Shown: positions 40,489 through 54,420 of the stretch, piece by piece
Position numbering within the stretch: the stretch's first letter is position 1
How the letters are laid out: each line of letters begins with the position of its first letter
From: Eledone cirrhosa
Taxonomy: Eukaryota
Reading direction: 5' to 3'
NCBI GenBank assembly: GCA_964016885.1
Contig: OZ024766.1
Span: 6,510,001 to 6,574,000, forward strand
DNA: 64,000 nucleotides
The notes under the pieces: model-generated
Database searches by the model: none
What the model saw: the letters and a program-made list of their open reading frames with translations, nothing else
What the model was told of the DNA's origin: nothing
Translations under genes and position numbers: made by a program

Positions 40489-40716
40489 ATATATATATAA
40501 ACAACTATCTGGTTGTGGAACCAACCAACCAACCAGGAATTTATAAATTTGTAAATTTATAAATATTTAATAAATTAAATTGAAGTGAAAGCAACTGGTG
40601 CGTGTGTTTCTTATTGGCAACATGACCCTCCCAAAGTATAACAATATCGGTTTCAACACACGATTTCAGATAAAGAATCTTGCTAAACAAATTCAGAAAC
40701 GAAATATATATATGTA

Positions 40717-41078
40717 TATATATATTAATAAGAGGAATTCCAACTTTGTCTGATTTACTCGTTTTATTTACAATCCTTTAAAATTTATTATTAGCTATCA
40801 TCAGCACCGTATACCTTCCTGCCAGATGATTGAACGTCTTAATATGCATAAGGAAAGTATATACTTTCAGACGTTCAATCATCTGTTGAAAATTGCAAAC
40901 TTGACTGTCACCACACAATATGAACCTGAAGATTGCGAAATCATGAAAGTACTTGTTCAATTAACACTTAACATTTAATATTCTATCATACTATTTCCTT
41001 ATAATACCATTATAAATTTTAAAGGATTGTAAATAAAACGAGTAAATCAGACAAAGTTGGAATTCCTCTTATTAATAT
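40717..41078. repeat. Inverted repeat, ~65-bp arms
   Basis: taataagaggaattccaactttgtctg... versus ...cagacaaagttggaattcctcttatta. Confidence 0.85.
40921..40959 (+). ncRNA. Minimal hammerhead-like motif with weak stem II
   Basis: UGAAC-CUGAAGA-uugcgaaaucau-GAAA-GUAC-UU-GUUCA; stem I UGAAC/GUUCA, palindromic stem III. Confidence 0.45.
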
Positions 41079-41127
41079 AATCTTCTATACACAATCATAC
41101 ACACCTGTGTATATTTATCTATCTATA

Positions 41128-41162
<35 letters not shown>

Positions 41163-41437
41163 GTAAGTTATTCCGGATTGAATCAGAGGTAACCACAGTA
41201 GGTAAGGTACTCAATACATAGCAGAGTATAAAAGTTTTTATATAGATGAGATTTTTTTTTTGTGTTGTGTATATATATATATATATATCATCATCATTTC
41301 ATATCATTTTACGTCCGCTTTTCCCTGCTTGCAAGGGTGGGACTTTATATATATATAAAGAATGAATAATAACAGGTAGACATCATAAAAAGGTAATTTA
41401 TTCCGTGTGCTTACAAATGTTTCCATGTTTCCTATAC

Positions 41438-41491
<54 letters not shown>

Positions 41492-41499
41492 GTACACAT

Positions 41500-41531
<32 letters not shown>

Positions 41532-41548
41532 CCTATTAATCATTGCAG

Positions 41549-41722
41549 GGGTCCACCAGCAAGTGAAAGCCATCACATTCAAATCCCAGGAGTCTTATCT
41601 ACAATCCCCAGCCTGGACATACAAAGACTTGAACTTATCATTCCGAACGCTCAATCCTCAGGCACTCCTAGTCTATCAGACAGATGGAAACGGGAGTTAT
41701 ATCTTTATAAAACTGGACGCAG
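41549..41722 (+). CDS. Exon 15, LamG4 start (AITFKSQESYL...LSFRT)
   Basis: tgcag| and G|gtgaga; phase 1-1. Confidence 0.9.
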
Positions 41723-42150
41723 GTGAGATAAGTGTGGGAAGTTTGTGGTTTGTGGGTTTTTAGGGTTCTATAATAGGGACTGTAGGGTTCTATATGTGGG
41801 TGTGTGGTTTGTGGGTTTGTAGGGTTTTATAAGAGAGTGTGTAGGGTTCTATATGTGGATATGTGGTTTGGGCGTTTGTAGGGTTCTATATATATGTGTG
41901 TGTGGTTGTGTGGTTTGTGGGTCTGTATGGTTTATTATGTGGGTGTGCTGTGTGTGTGTGTGTGTGTGTGTGTGGTTTTATTTGCGTTGTGGGTGTGAAC
42001 GTGCCTACTACACTTTAGTCTTTTTCTCTTTCTCTCTCTCTCTCTTTCTCTGGTTGTACTGGTGCCATGACAAAAGCACCTAGTACACTGTGTGTATGTG
42101 TACGCACACGCCCATACACATACACACACACATACACACACACATACACA

Positions 42151-42196
<46 letters not shown>

Positions 42197-42383
42197 CACA
42201 CACACACACATATATACACACACACACATACACACACATACACACACACATATATACACACATATACATACACACACACATATATACACACGCACACATA
42301 CACACACATACAGACAGATTGACTGTCACATGTGCACATAAGAAGCATTCCAGATTTCACTCTGTTTAATTGTCTGTCTTCAG

Positions 42384-42612
42384 GCGACACAATCAAATTC
42401 GAGGCAATGCTTGGCAAAAACCTGACCCAGATGACACTCAAGTCAGATACCCGGGTGGACAATGGCCAGTGGAATGTGCTCAAGCTGGAGCACGACAAAT
42501 ACAACATTCGTTTGACCTTCGGAATGAAATCTGACCTTCGGAAATTCACGGCGAAACTTTTGAGCAAATTCCCGTCTGATGTCTACATGTACATAGGAGG
42601 AGCTCCTGCAGA
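42384..42612 (+). CDS. Exon 16, LamG4 (VDNGQWNV...MYIGG)
   Basis: ttcag| and GA|gtaagt; phase 1-2. Confidence 0.9.
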
Positions 42613-43608
42613 GTAAGTTCCTTGTTGTGGTGGTGGTGGTGTTACTGATGTTGTGGTGGTGTTACTGATGTTGTGGTGGTGGTGGTGTTACTGATGTTGT
42701 TACTGTTGTGGTGGTGGTGGTGGTGGTGTTACTGATGTGGTGGTGGTGGTGGTGGTGGTGTTACTGATGTTGTGGTGGTGGTGGTGTTACTGATGTTGTT
42801 GTTGTGGTGGTGGTGTTACTGATGTTGTTACTGTTGTGGTGGTGGTGTTACTGATGTTGTGGTGGTGGCGGTGTTGTGGTGGTGGTGGTGGTGGTGGTGG
42901 TGTTACTGATGTTGTTACTGTTGTGGTGGTGTTATTGTGTTGAAGATTAAACCTATGCATTGTTCAGTGCCCTAAAATTTACACTGTGTAAACTCCATCC
43001 CCTAAATAATTGTTTCTACTTTAGGCACAAGGCCAGCAAATACCCAGTGCATTACTGGTACTTTATTTTATCGACCCCGTAAGAGTGAATGGCAAAGTGA
43101 ACCTCGACGGGATTTGAACTCACTAATAATAATATAATTAATGTTCTTATTATTCTACTAGTGTTTGGAACATAACTTAACAAAGGTTCGCACAAAAAAT
43201 CATGATGGAAGGTTTTTAGATAAATGTAAACATTTTGGCCCTTCCATTATCATATTTCTAAATAATGTTTCCCCTTAAACCTATATAAAATCAGACCCCT
43301 AAATAATCTGTTTACCTATAAAGCTATATAATGAACTAACCCCTAAATAATCTTTCCACCTATAAACCTATATAATGACCTGGTCCCTAAATAATTTGTT
43401 TCCTCATAAACCTGTAATAAATAAACCCCTAAATAATGTTCCCCTTAAACCTATGCCTTGCTCAGTGCCCTAAATACTCATATATTTTCCAAAAAAAGTT
43501 CTTGGTCCCTAAATATTAATGTTTCCTTTATAAACCCTTATTTTATTTAGTGCCCTAAAATTTACACTGTGTAAAATTTGTCCCTTATTTTCCCTTTTCT
43601 TTTACCAG

Positions 43609-43713
43609 GGTGTACCATCAGCCAGCTTCCCTACCCCCAGGCCTTGCTGGCTGCCTTAGGGATCTTGTTTATAACAACCAGATTGTGAAACTAGACCTGC
43701 CAGGGATTCAAAG
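43609..43713 (+). CDS. Exon 17, end of LamG4 (GLAGCLRDLVYNN)
   Basis: accag| and AG|gtgagg; phase 2-2. Confidence 0.88.
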
Positions 43714-43816
43714 GTGAGGTGACCCTTTATATGTATGTGTGTGTGTGTATGTATGTATTGATGTGTGTGTGTGTGATGTGTATAGATATGTAGTATATGT
43801 GTGTGCATGTATATAT

Positions 43817-45180
43817 CATCATCATCTTCATCTTCATTTAACGTCCATCTTTCATGCTAGCATGGGTTAGACGGGAGTTGTCCCACTTGAGGCAAGGTTG
43901 GTTGGGTGACTGTGTCTCGCTCATATAGGACTGTCTGGTGAGTTTTCTACGGCTGGATGCCCTTCCTAACACCAACCACGTTTACAGTGTGGACTGGGAG
44001 GTTTTTACCGTGTTACCTACACGGCCACATTACAGCGTGGACTGTGTGTTTTTTTGTCATGACACCTACACGTCTGGCGGGTTTTCTACGGCTGGGTGCC
44101 CTTCCCAACACCAACCACGTTTACAGTGTGGACTGGGAGGTTTTTACCGTGTTACCTACACGGCCACATTACAGCGTGGACTGTGTGTTTTTTTGTCATG
44201 ACACCTACACGTCTGGCGGGTTTTCTACGGCTGGGTGCCCTTCCCAACACCAACCACGTTTACAGTGTGGACTGGGAGGTTTTTACCGTGTTACCTACAC
44301 GGCCACATTACAGCGTGGACTGTGTGTTTTTTTGTCATGACACCTACACGTCTGGCGGGTTTTCTACGGCTGGGTGCCCTTCCCAACACCAACCACGTTT
44401 ACAGTGTGGACTGGGAGGTTTTTACTGTGTTACCTACACGGCCACATTACAGCGTGGACTGTGTGTTTTTTTGTCATGACACCTACACGTCTGGCGGGTT
44501 TTCTACGGCTGGGTGCCCTTCCTAACACCAACCACGTTTACAGTGTGGACTGGGAGGTTTTTACCGTGTTACCTACACGGCCACATTACAGCGTGGACTG
44601 TGTGTTTTTTTGTCATGACACCTACACGTCTGGCGGGTTTTCTACGGCTGGGTGCCCTTCCCAACACCAACCACGTTTACAGTGTGGACTGGGAGGTTTT
44701 TACCGTGTTACCTACACGGCCACATTACAGCGTGGACTGTGTGTTTTTTTGTCATGACACCTACACGTCTGGCGGGTTTTCTACGGCTGGGTGCCCTTCC
44801 CAACACCAACCACGTTTACAGTGTGGACTGGGAGGTTTTTACCGTGTTACCTACACGGCCACATTACAGCGTGGACTGTGTGTTTTTTTGTCATGACACC
44901 TACACGTCTGGCGGGTTTTCTACGGCTGGGTGCCCTTCCCAACACTAACCACGTTTACAGTGTGGACTGGGAAGTTTTTACCGTGTTACCTACACGGCCA
45001 CATTACAGCGTGGACTGTGTGTTTTTTTGTCATGACACCTACACGTCTGGCGGGTTTTCTACGGCTGGGTGCCCTTCCCAACACCAACCACGTTTACAGT
45101 GTGGACTGGGAGGTTTTTACCGTGTTACCTACACGGCCACATTACAGCGTGGACTGTGTGTTTTTTGTCGTGACACCTAC
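43817..45180 (-). repeat. SINE-A-related element with a ~9 x 139-bp tandem array
   Basis: 139-bp periodicity; unit contains the ggtgcccttcccaacaccaacc segment. Confidence 0.85.
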
Positions 45181-45569
45181 ACATATATATATATATATAT
45201 TTTTAAAACTTCACGGCTCACAAGTGTTTTTTAAGCTTCATATCATGTCCTCCTATTTTATCTGATGAGAACGCAGATATCATCTCATGATGATATTTGT
45301 TTTTGAAATGCACATAATAAAATACTTGGAACTCTTTTAACCATCTTTTGATCTTTTCTTTTTGCTTTCTTCTTTTTCTTTATCTATCTTTCCCTTTCTT
45401 TTCTCCGCGTTTTCTCTCTCTCTCTCTCTCTCTCTCTCCATCTTTTTACTTACTCTTAACACTATGACTTACTAAAGTAAACAAACCACTATCCGGATGG
45501 CCTCCAAAAACAACGGTCACCTTTTTGAAAGGGTACGTCAATATCTATTTGTAAAACTGTTATATATTG

Positions 45570-45630
45570 TATTTTGTCTGATGAAGGCATACCATGATTT
45601 AACTTGGTATCCTTGAAATATATATAATGA
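45570..45630 (+). ncRNA. Hammerhead-like core in an AT-rich repeat family
   Basis: CUGAUGA-AGGcAUACCA(loop)UGGUAUCCUU-GAAA-UAUAUA; relatives at ~11888-11945 (-), ~31655-31710 (+), ~36329-36375 (+); stem I is poorly defined. Confidence 0.4.
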
Positions 45631-45690
45631 AATAAATATGGTTTTATAATATAGTTTCCATTTATTAATATTGTATATATATATATATAT

Positions 45691-45897
45691 GCCAAGAAAT
45701 CCCAGTGGAAGGAAGACACAGTAGAGGAAGACCACGAAAAACTTGGGCGGAGGTGGTGAGAACAGACCTCAGATCGCTGAAGTTCACGGAGGAGATGACG
45801 AAGGACCGTGACAAGTGGAGAGAGAGATGCTGTGCTGAATAGGACCCGTCCCACCCTTGCAAGCAGGGAAAAGCGGACGTAAAATGATGATGATGAT
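45691..45897 (+). mobile_element. RTE-like LINE 3' end (second copy)
   Basis: RGRPRKTWAEVVRTDL...DRDKWR plus (GAT)n tail. Confidence 0.75.
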
Positions 45898-46005
45898 ATA
45901 TGTGTATATATATATATATGTGTGTGTATGGATGTATATATATATGTGCATGTGTGTGGATGCATAGATGTATATAAATATATGTTTGTGTATGTAGATG
46001 TATAT

Positions 46006-46340
46006 CATCATCATCATTTTCCGTCCACTTTTCCCTGCTTGCAAGGGTGGGACGGGAACTGATTCTGGCTTGATTTCTACAGCTGGATGCCCTTCCTAAC
46101 ACCAACCTCATTTACAGTGAGTGCTGGGTGCTTTTTTGCCGTGGCACCTCCACGACCACTTTGCAGTGGAATGATAGGGACCCCAGTCCCTATCATCTCA
46201 TTTCTACAGCTGAGTAAACTGGAGCAATGTGAAAATAAAGTGTCTTGTTCAAGGAAACAACACATCACCTGGTCTGAGAATTGAACTCACAACCTTTCGA
46301 TTGCAAGGCCAATGCTCTAACCACTAAGCCATGTGCCTCC
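46006..46340 (-). mobile_element. SINE family A, full length
   Basis: Same head, body and tail as the other copies. Confidence 0.88.
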
Positions 46341-46382
<42 letters not shown>

Positions 46383-46407
46383 TTATATATATATATATAT
46401 GTATGTA

Positions 46408-46443
<36 letters not shown>

Positions 46444-46575
46444 TATACATATGTTATATATTAACTTTATAACCTCGGCGCTTCGTAAAAGTCCGAAAGG
46501 TCTGTTTACATATACTCTTTATAGATTCATTTATTTATCTATTTATTCATGTTGTTGTTGTTGTTGTTGTTGCAG

Positions 46576-46718
46576 ATTTGGTGAAATATATTCTGGCTGC
46601 ACAGCAGCATGTGCACGAAAGCCCTGCAAGAACGAAGCAACGTGCCTGGAGAGATGGGGCAGTTACGACTGCGTCTGTGTTAATAAATGGTCGCATTTAG
46701 GCTTCAGCTGCAATAACA
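46576..46718 (+). CDS. Exon 18, EGF3 (CARKPCKNEATC...CVC...C)
   Basis: tgcag| and A|gtaatt; phase 2-1. Confidence 0.9.
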
Positions 46719-46744
46719 GTAATTATGTTGATTATTTTGAATAA

Positions 46745-49700
46745 TAATTGTTTCTACTTTAGGCACAAGGCCAGCAATTACCCCAGTGTATTACTGGTAC
46801 TTTAATAATGTTTTCTTTATTAACCACAAGGGTTTACATAAAGTAGACATTAAGGACAGCACAGGACAATACAGGGCGGTACAAATGGGCATTTCTGCGT
46901 GTAATGCTTTCTTTATTAACCACAAGGGTTTACATAAAGTAGACATTAAGGACAGCACAGGACAATACAGGGCGGTACAAATGGGCATTTCTGCGTGTAA
47001 TGCTTTCTTTATTAACCACAAGGGTTTACATAAAGTAGACATTAAGGACAGCACAGGACAATACAGGGCGGTACAAATGGGCATTTCTGCGTGTAATGCT
47101 TTCTTTATTAACCACAAGGGTTTACATAAAGTAGACATTAAGGACAGCACAGGACAATACAGGGCGGTACAAATGGGCATTTCTGCGTGTAATGCTTTCT
47201 TTATTAACCACAAGGGTTTACATAAAGTAGACATTAAGGACAGCACAGGACAATACAGGGCGGTACAAATGGGCATTTCTGCGTGTAATGCTTTCTCTAT
47301 TAACCACAAGGGTTTACATAAAGTAGACATTAAGGACAGCACAGGACAATACAGGGCGGTACAAATGGGCATTTCTGCGTGTAATGCTTTCTTTATTAAC
47401 CACAAGGGTTTACATAAAGTAGACATTAAGGACAGCACAGGACAATACAGGGCGGTACAAATGGGCATTTCTGCGTGTAATGCTTTCTTTATTAACCACA
47501 AGGGTTTACATAAAGTAGACATTAAGGACAGCACAGGACAATACAGGGCGGTACAAATGGGCATTTCTGCGTGTAAAAAAAACAGAGGATGAAATAAAAT
47601 AACAAAGAAAAATTCCCCAATGGGGGGGGGGGGGGAGACTTCCGAGGGACATTTGTGGAGAAAGCCCATTAAAAGACCACAGTGGCCCTGACCACCAGGG
47701 CAAGTGTCCTCTCCCAGTTTTCCACTGGTACTTTAATAATAATAATAATTGTCTCTACTTTAGGCACAAGGCTAGCAATTATACCAGTGTATTACTGGTA
47801 CTTTAATAATGATAATTGTTTCTACTTTTGGCACAAGGCCAGCAATTTACTCCAGTGTATTACTGGTACTTTAATAATGATAATTGTTTCTACTTTAGGC
47901 ACAAGGCCAGCAATTATCCCAGTGTATTACTGGTACTTTAATAATGATAATTGTTTCTAAGTTTGGCACAAGGCCAGCAATTGCCCCAGTGTATTACTGG
48001 TACTTTAATAATGATAATTGTTTCTACTTTTGGCACAAGGCCAGCAATTATACCAGTGTATTACTGGTACTTTAATAATGATAATTGTTTCTACTTTTGG
48101 CACAAGGCCAGCAATTTACCCCAGTGTATTACTGGTACTTTAATAATGATAATTGTTTCTACTTTTGGCACAAGGCCAGCAATTTACCCCAGTGTATTAC
48201 TGGTACTTTAATAATGATAATAATTGTTTCTACTTTTGGCACAAGGCCAGCAATTATCCCAGTGTATTACTGGTACTTTAATAATGATAATTGTTTCTAC
48301 TTTTGGCACAAGGCCAGCAATTTACCCCAGTGTATTACTGGTACTTTAATAATGTTTTCTTTATTAACCACAAGGGTTTACATAAAGTAGACATTAAGGA
48401 CAGCACAGGACAATACAGGGCGGTACAAATGGGCATTTCTGCGTGTAATGCTTTCTCTATTAACCACAAGGGTTTACATAAAGTAGACATTAAGGACAGC
48501 ACAGGACAATACAGGGCGGTACAAATGGGCATTTCTGCGTGTAATGCTTTCTTTATTAACCACAAGGGTTTACATAAAGTAGACATTAAGGACAGCACAG
48601 GACAATACAGGGCGGTACAAATGGGCATTTCTGCGTGTAATGCTTTCTCTATTAACCACAAGGGTTTACATAAAGTAGACATTAAGGACAGCACAGGACA
48701 ATACAGGGCGGTACAAATGGGCATTTCTGCGTGTAATGCTTTCTTTATTAACCACAAGGGTTTACATAAAGTAGACATTAAGGACAGCACAGGACAATAC
48801 AGGGCGGTACAAATGGGCATTTCTGCGTGTAATGCTTTCTTTATTAACCACAAGGGTTTACATAAAGTAGACATTAAGGACAGCACAGGACAATACAGGG
48901 CGGTACAAATGGGCATTTCTGCGTGTAATGCTTTCTTTATTAACCACAAGGGTTTACATAAAGTAGACATTAAGGACAGCACAGGACAATACAGGGCGGT
49001 ACAAATGGGCATTTCTGCGTGTAATGCTTTCTTTATTAACCACAAGGGTTTACATAAAGTAGACATTAAGGACAGCACAGGACAATACAGGGCGGTACAA
49101 ATGGGCATTTCTGCGTGTAATGCTTTCTTTATTAACCACAAGGGTTTACATAAAGTAGACATTAAGGACAGCACAGGACAATACAGGGCGGTACAAATGG
49201 GCATTTCTGCGTGTAATGCTTTCTTTATTAACCACAAGGGTTTACATAAAGTAGACATTAAGGACAGCACAGGACAATACAGGGCGGTACAAATGGGCAT
49301 TTCTGCGTGTAAAAAAAACAGAGGATGAAATAAAATAACAAAGAAAAATTCCCCAATGGGGGGGGGGGGGAGACTTCCGAGGGACATTTGTGGAGAAAGC
49401 CCATTAAAAGACCACAGTGGCCCTGACCACCAGGGCAAGTGTCCTCTCCCAGTTTTCCACTGGTACTTTAATAATAATAATAATTGTCTCTACTTTAGGC
49501 ACAAGGCCAGCAATTATCCCAGTGTATTACTGGTACTTTAATAATGATAATTGTTTCTACTTTTGGCACAAGGCCAGCAATTTACTCCAGTGTATTACTG
49601 GTACTTTAATAATGATAATTGTTTCTACTTTAGGCACAAGGCCAGCAATTATCCCAGTGTATTACTGGTACTTTAATAATGATAATTGTTTCTAAGTTTG

Positions 49701-50500
49701 GCACAAGGCCAGCAATTACCCCAGTGTATTACTGGTACTTTAATAATGATAATTGTTTCTACTTTTGGCACAAGGCCAGCAATTTACTCCAGTGTATTAC
49801 TGGTACTTTAATAATGATAATTGTTTCTACTTTTGGCACAAGGCCAGCAATTTACCCCAGTGTATTACTGGTACTTTAATAATGATAATTGTTTCTACTT
49901 TTGGCACAAGGCCAGCAATTTACCCCCAGTGTATTACTGGTACTTTAATAATGATAATAATTGTTTCTACTTTTGGCACAAGGCCAGCAATTATCCCAGT
50001 GTATTACTGGTACTTTAATAATGATAATTGTTTCTACTTTTGGCACAAGGCCAGCAATTTACCCCAGTGTATTACTGGTACTTTAATAATGATAATAATT
50101 GTTTCTACTTTTGGCACAAGGCCAGCAATTATCCCAGTGTATTACTGGTACTTTAATAATGATAATTGTTTCTACTTTTGGCACAAGGCCAGCAATTTAC
50201 CCCAGTGTATTACTGGTACTTTAATAATGATAATTGTTTGTACTTTAGGCACAAGGCCAGCAATTACCCCAGTGCATTACTGGTACTTTATTTTATCAAC
50301 CCCGTAAGGATGAAAGGCAAAGTTAACCTCGGCGGGATTTGAACTCATAATGGCAAGGGCCGTAACTCTATGCGCCACTGGTACTTTATAATAATGGTTT
50401 CTTATACAGGCACAAGGCCAGCAATTACCCCAGTGTATTACTGGTACTTTATTTTATAAAATATAATAATAATTGTTTCTCCTTTTGGCACAAGGCCAGC
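46745..50500. repeat. Compound array: (96 bp x 8, spacer, ~68 bp x n) repeated as (96 bp x 10, spacer, ~68 bp x n)
   Basis: The 96-bp unit is an antisense LINE-like 3' tail; the ~68-bp unit is a SINE B fragment. Confidence 0.9.
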
Positions 50501-51066
50501 AATTACCAGTAATTATGTTGATTATTTTAAATAATAATGATGATGATGGTGATGATGATAATCTTTATCTGTCTGCCCGCTCTCTCTCATCCTCTCTCTC
50601 TTTCTCCTCCTCTCATCCTCTCACACTCCCCCCCCACCTCTCATTCTCTCAACCCTCTCTCTCACCTTCTCGTCTCTCACCCTCTCACTCTCTCAAACCT
50701 CTCTCTCTGTCTCTCACTCACTCACTCACTCTCTCTCACCCCTTCACCCTCCCCCACCCACAACCTCTCTCTCACCCTCCCTCTCACAACCTCTCTCTCA
50801 CCCTCCCTCTCACAACCTCTCTCTCACCCTCCCTCTCACCATCACCCCCCCTCGCTCGCACCCCCCCCCTCTCACCATCACCGTCCCCCTCTCTCGCCCC
50901 CTTCTCTCACCCTCCCTCACTCACCTCTCTCTCACCATCACCCTCTCTCACCTCTCTCCCTCACCTCTCTCTCACCATCACCCTCTCTCTCTCTCTCCCC
51001 CTCCCCTCTCTCTTTCTCCCTCACTAACCCCCCTCTCTCTCTCTCTCTCTGTCTCTCCCACTACAG

Positions 51067-51318
51067 ACATCGACCAAGACATGGTGACGTTCACAGGTGA
51101 CGAGGAATCTTACCTCTTCTACAACACAACACTCCAGCCCAGTGTGATGGAGGACACGATCGTGGTCAGCTTCCGGACGGCCAACAGGAACGCTCTGCTC
51201 CTCTACATATATGACAACTACTACAACTTTGTCCAGCTGGAGCTTCAGGAAAAATCCAAAATAGTTCTCACCTATAACTCCTTCAAGTATGTCCACACAG
51301 GTGTCCTTGACTATCCAG
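51067..51318 (+). CDS. Exon 19, LamG5 start (VVSFRTANRNALLLYIYD)
   Basis: tacag| and G|gtaaga; phase 1-1. Confidence 0.92.
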
Positions 51319-51851
51319 GTAAGATAAATTAACCTGTGGTGTGGTGTGTGGTGTGGTGTGGTGTGGTGTGTGGTGTAGTGTGGTGTGGTGTGGTGTGGTG
51401 TGGTGTTTGGTGGGGTGGGGTGTGGTGTGTAGTGTGTGGTGGGGTGGGGTGTGGTGTCGTGTGGTTTGGTGTGGTGTAGTGTGGTGTGGTGTGCGGTGGG
51501 GTGTGGTGTGGTGTGGTGTAGTATGGTATGGCGTCGTGTGGTGTAGTGTAGTGTGGTGTGGTGGGGTGGGGTGTGGGGTGTGGTGTGTAGTGTGGTTTGG
51601 TGTGTGGTGGGGTGGGGTGGGGTGCGGTGTGTAGTATGGTGTGGTGTGGGGTGGGTGGGGGTGGGGTGTGGTGTGGTGTGGGGTGTGGTGTCGTGTGGTG
51701 TCGTGTGGTGTAGTGTAGTGGGGGTGGGGTGTGGTGTGGTGTGGTGTGCGGTGGGGTGGGGTGGGGTGTGGTGTGGTGTGGTGTGTAGTACGGTGTGATG
51801 TCGTGTGGTGTGCGGTGGGGCGGGGCGGGGCTGGACGGGACGGGACACTGC

Positions 51852-51905
<54 letters not shown>

Positions 51906-51907
<2 letters not shown>

Positions 51908-52225
51908 AGGCACATGGCTTAGTAGTTAGAGCATTGGGCTTGCAATCGAAAGGTTGTGTGTTCAATTCTCAGACCGGGTGATGTGTTGTTTCCTTGAGCA
52001 AGACACTTTATTTCACATTGCTCCAGTTTACTCAGCTGTAGAAATGAGATGTTAGGGACTGGGGTCCCTATCATTCCACTGCAAAGTGGTCGTGGAGGTG
52101 CCACGGCAAACAAGCACCCAGCACTCACTGTAAATGAGGTTGGTGTTAGGAAGGGCATCCAGCTGTAGAAATCAAGCCAGACTCAGTTCCCGTCCCACCC
52201 TTGCAAGCAGGGAAAAGTGGACGTA
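51906..52225 (+). mobile_element. SINE family A
   Basis: Same head and body; tail truncated. Confidence 0.85.
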
Positions 52226-52707
52226 TGACAAGAAAGATGGGAAAAAATCTTACTCTAACATCTGATTTTAATTTTAAATTTTTAGATTTTAACTCCTATT
52301 AATTCTTTTTAATTTTTATTACAATTCTCAACATTTGATAAGATGAATTTTAATAATACATCGAAATCTGTAATACTTCATATAACTTTATATACACTAT
52401 ATACTTTATACACATTTATATACATTATATACTTTATATACATTATAAAACTTTTTTTTAAAAGAATTGTCTCTCTCAGTTTTTCAATAATGTCACTTTG
52501 ATGAATCAAAGAAAGGATAAAAACAAGAAAAACAGCCCCTTAAATATATTCTCCGTGCTATTTCCAGCTTCACCTTTTCTCTATATCCACTGTTTCGTAT
52601 AGAAACTTACTTCCCTTTTCTAATATATATATACATATAGATATATATATATATGTATGTATATATGTATATATATATGTATATATATATGTATATATAT
52701 ATGTATG

Positions 52708-52738
<31 letters not shown>

Positions 52739-52751
52739 GTATATATATATG

Positions 52752-52785
<34 letters not shown>

Positions 52786-52941
52786 TGTATATATATGTAT
52801 ATATGTATATATATATATATGTATATATGTATATGTATATATATATATGTATGTATATATATGTATATGTATATATATATATGTATGTATATATATGTAT
52901 ATATATATATGTATGTATATATATGTATATATATATATATG

Positions 52942-52978
<37 letters not shown>

Positions 52979-53036
52979 GTATATATATATATGTATAGAT
53001 ATATATGTATAGATATATATGTATATATATATGTAT

Positions 53037-53077
<41 letters not shown>

Positions 53078-53112
53078 TGTATGTATATATATATATATAT
53101 ATATGTATGTAT

Positions 53113-53180
<68 letters not shown>

Positions 53181-53833
53181 GTATATATATGTATGTATAT
53201 ATATGTATATATATGTATGTATATATATATGTATGTATATATATATGAATGTATATATATGTATGTATATATATGTATATATATGTATGTATATATATGT
53301 ATATATATGTATGTATATATGTATATATATGTATGTATATATATGTATATATATGTATGTATATATATGTATATATATGTATGTATATATGTATATATAT
53401 GTATGTATGTATATATATGTATATATATATATGTAAGTATGTATATGTATATATATATATATATATACACACACATATATATATGTATGTATATGTATAT
53501 ATATATACACACACATATATATATGTATGTATATATGTATGTATATATATATGAGTATATATATGTATATATATATATATATACATGTATATATATGTAT
53601 ATATGTATATATATGTATATGTATATATACGCATACACACATATATATACACACACACACACATATATACACACACACACACACACATACACACATGTAT
53701 ACACACACACATATGTGTGTGTATACTCAATCTTCTGCCATCACCGCCTCTTTTCTCACCCCCTCTCTCTTTCTCCTTCTCACCCTCTCCCCTCTCTCTC
53801 TCTTTCAACCTCTTTCTTTCTTTCTTTCCACAG

Positions 53834-53971
53834 AGAACCTCAATGATGAGGAATGGCACCAAGTAATTATCGAGAAGATGGACGAAACTTACCGGATCCT
53901 TGTCGCCAATTCTAGTATCACAGTCTTTCATCTTCGACTGAAGAAACACACAGAGGCATTTGATAAAGAAG
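53834..53971 (+). CDS. Exon 20, LamG5 ([10 protein letters not shown])
   Basis: cacag| and G|gtaatt; phase 1-1. Confidence 0.9.
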
Positions 53972-53984
53972 GTAATTATGATGA

Positions 53985-54420
53985 ACCTGTCTCAGCTATC
54001 TTAGTAGCGCCCATATCCAGTTTTGGTCTCTTTAGTGTGCTAGGGTTGTCCTGGACTGGACTCCGAGGTAGGCAAGTAGACCACTTCGCTATCTCGGTTC
54101 TTGAGTGAGCCAATACACCATGTGGTATCCACTCTGAACTTTGTTGGGTGGCAAGACCCAATGAACATGTCTCAGCTATCTTAGTAGCGCCCATATCCAG
54201 TTTTGGTCTCTTTAGTGTGCTGGGGTTGTCCTGGACTGGACTGAGAGGTAGTCAAGTAGACCACTTCGCTATCTTGGTTCTTGAGTGAGCCAATACACCA
54301 TGTGGTGGCAAGACCACATGAACATGTCTCAGCTATCTTAGTGGCATCCATATCCAGTCTTTAGTGTGCTTGTGTTGTCCTGGACTGGACTCCGAGGTAG
54401 GCAAGACCACTTCGCTATCT
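53985..54420. repeat. ~2.5 x 180-bp decaying tandem repeat
   Basis: gtctcagctatcttagt recurs at ~53989, ~54169 and ~54326. Confidence 0.8.

Larger units (their letters stand above)
40168..40647. repeat. Near-perfect inverted repeat, ~218-bp arms, 42-bp spacer
   Basis: 40168-40386 versus 40429-40647. Confidence 0.92.

Noticed and set aside
46786-49438. 268-367-aa repeat ORFs open on both strands
   Set aside because: A 96-bp unit (multiple of 3) derived from a LINE-like 3' tail inside an intron; not a plausible gene
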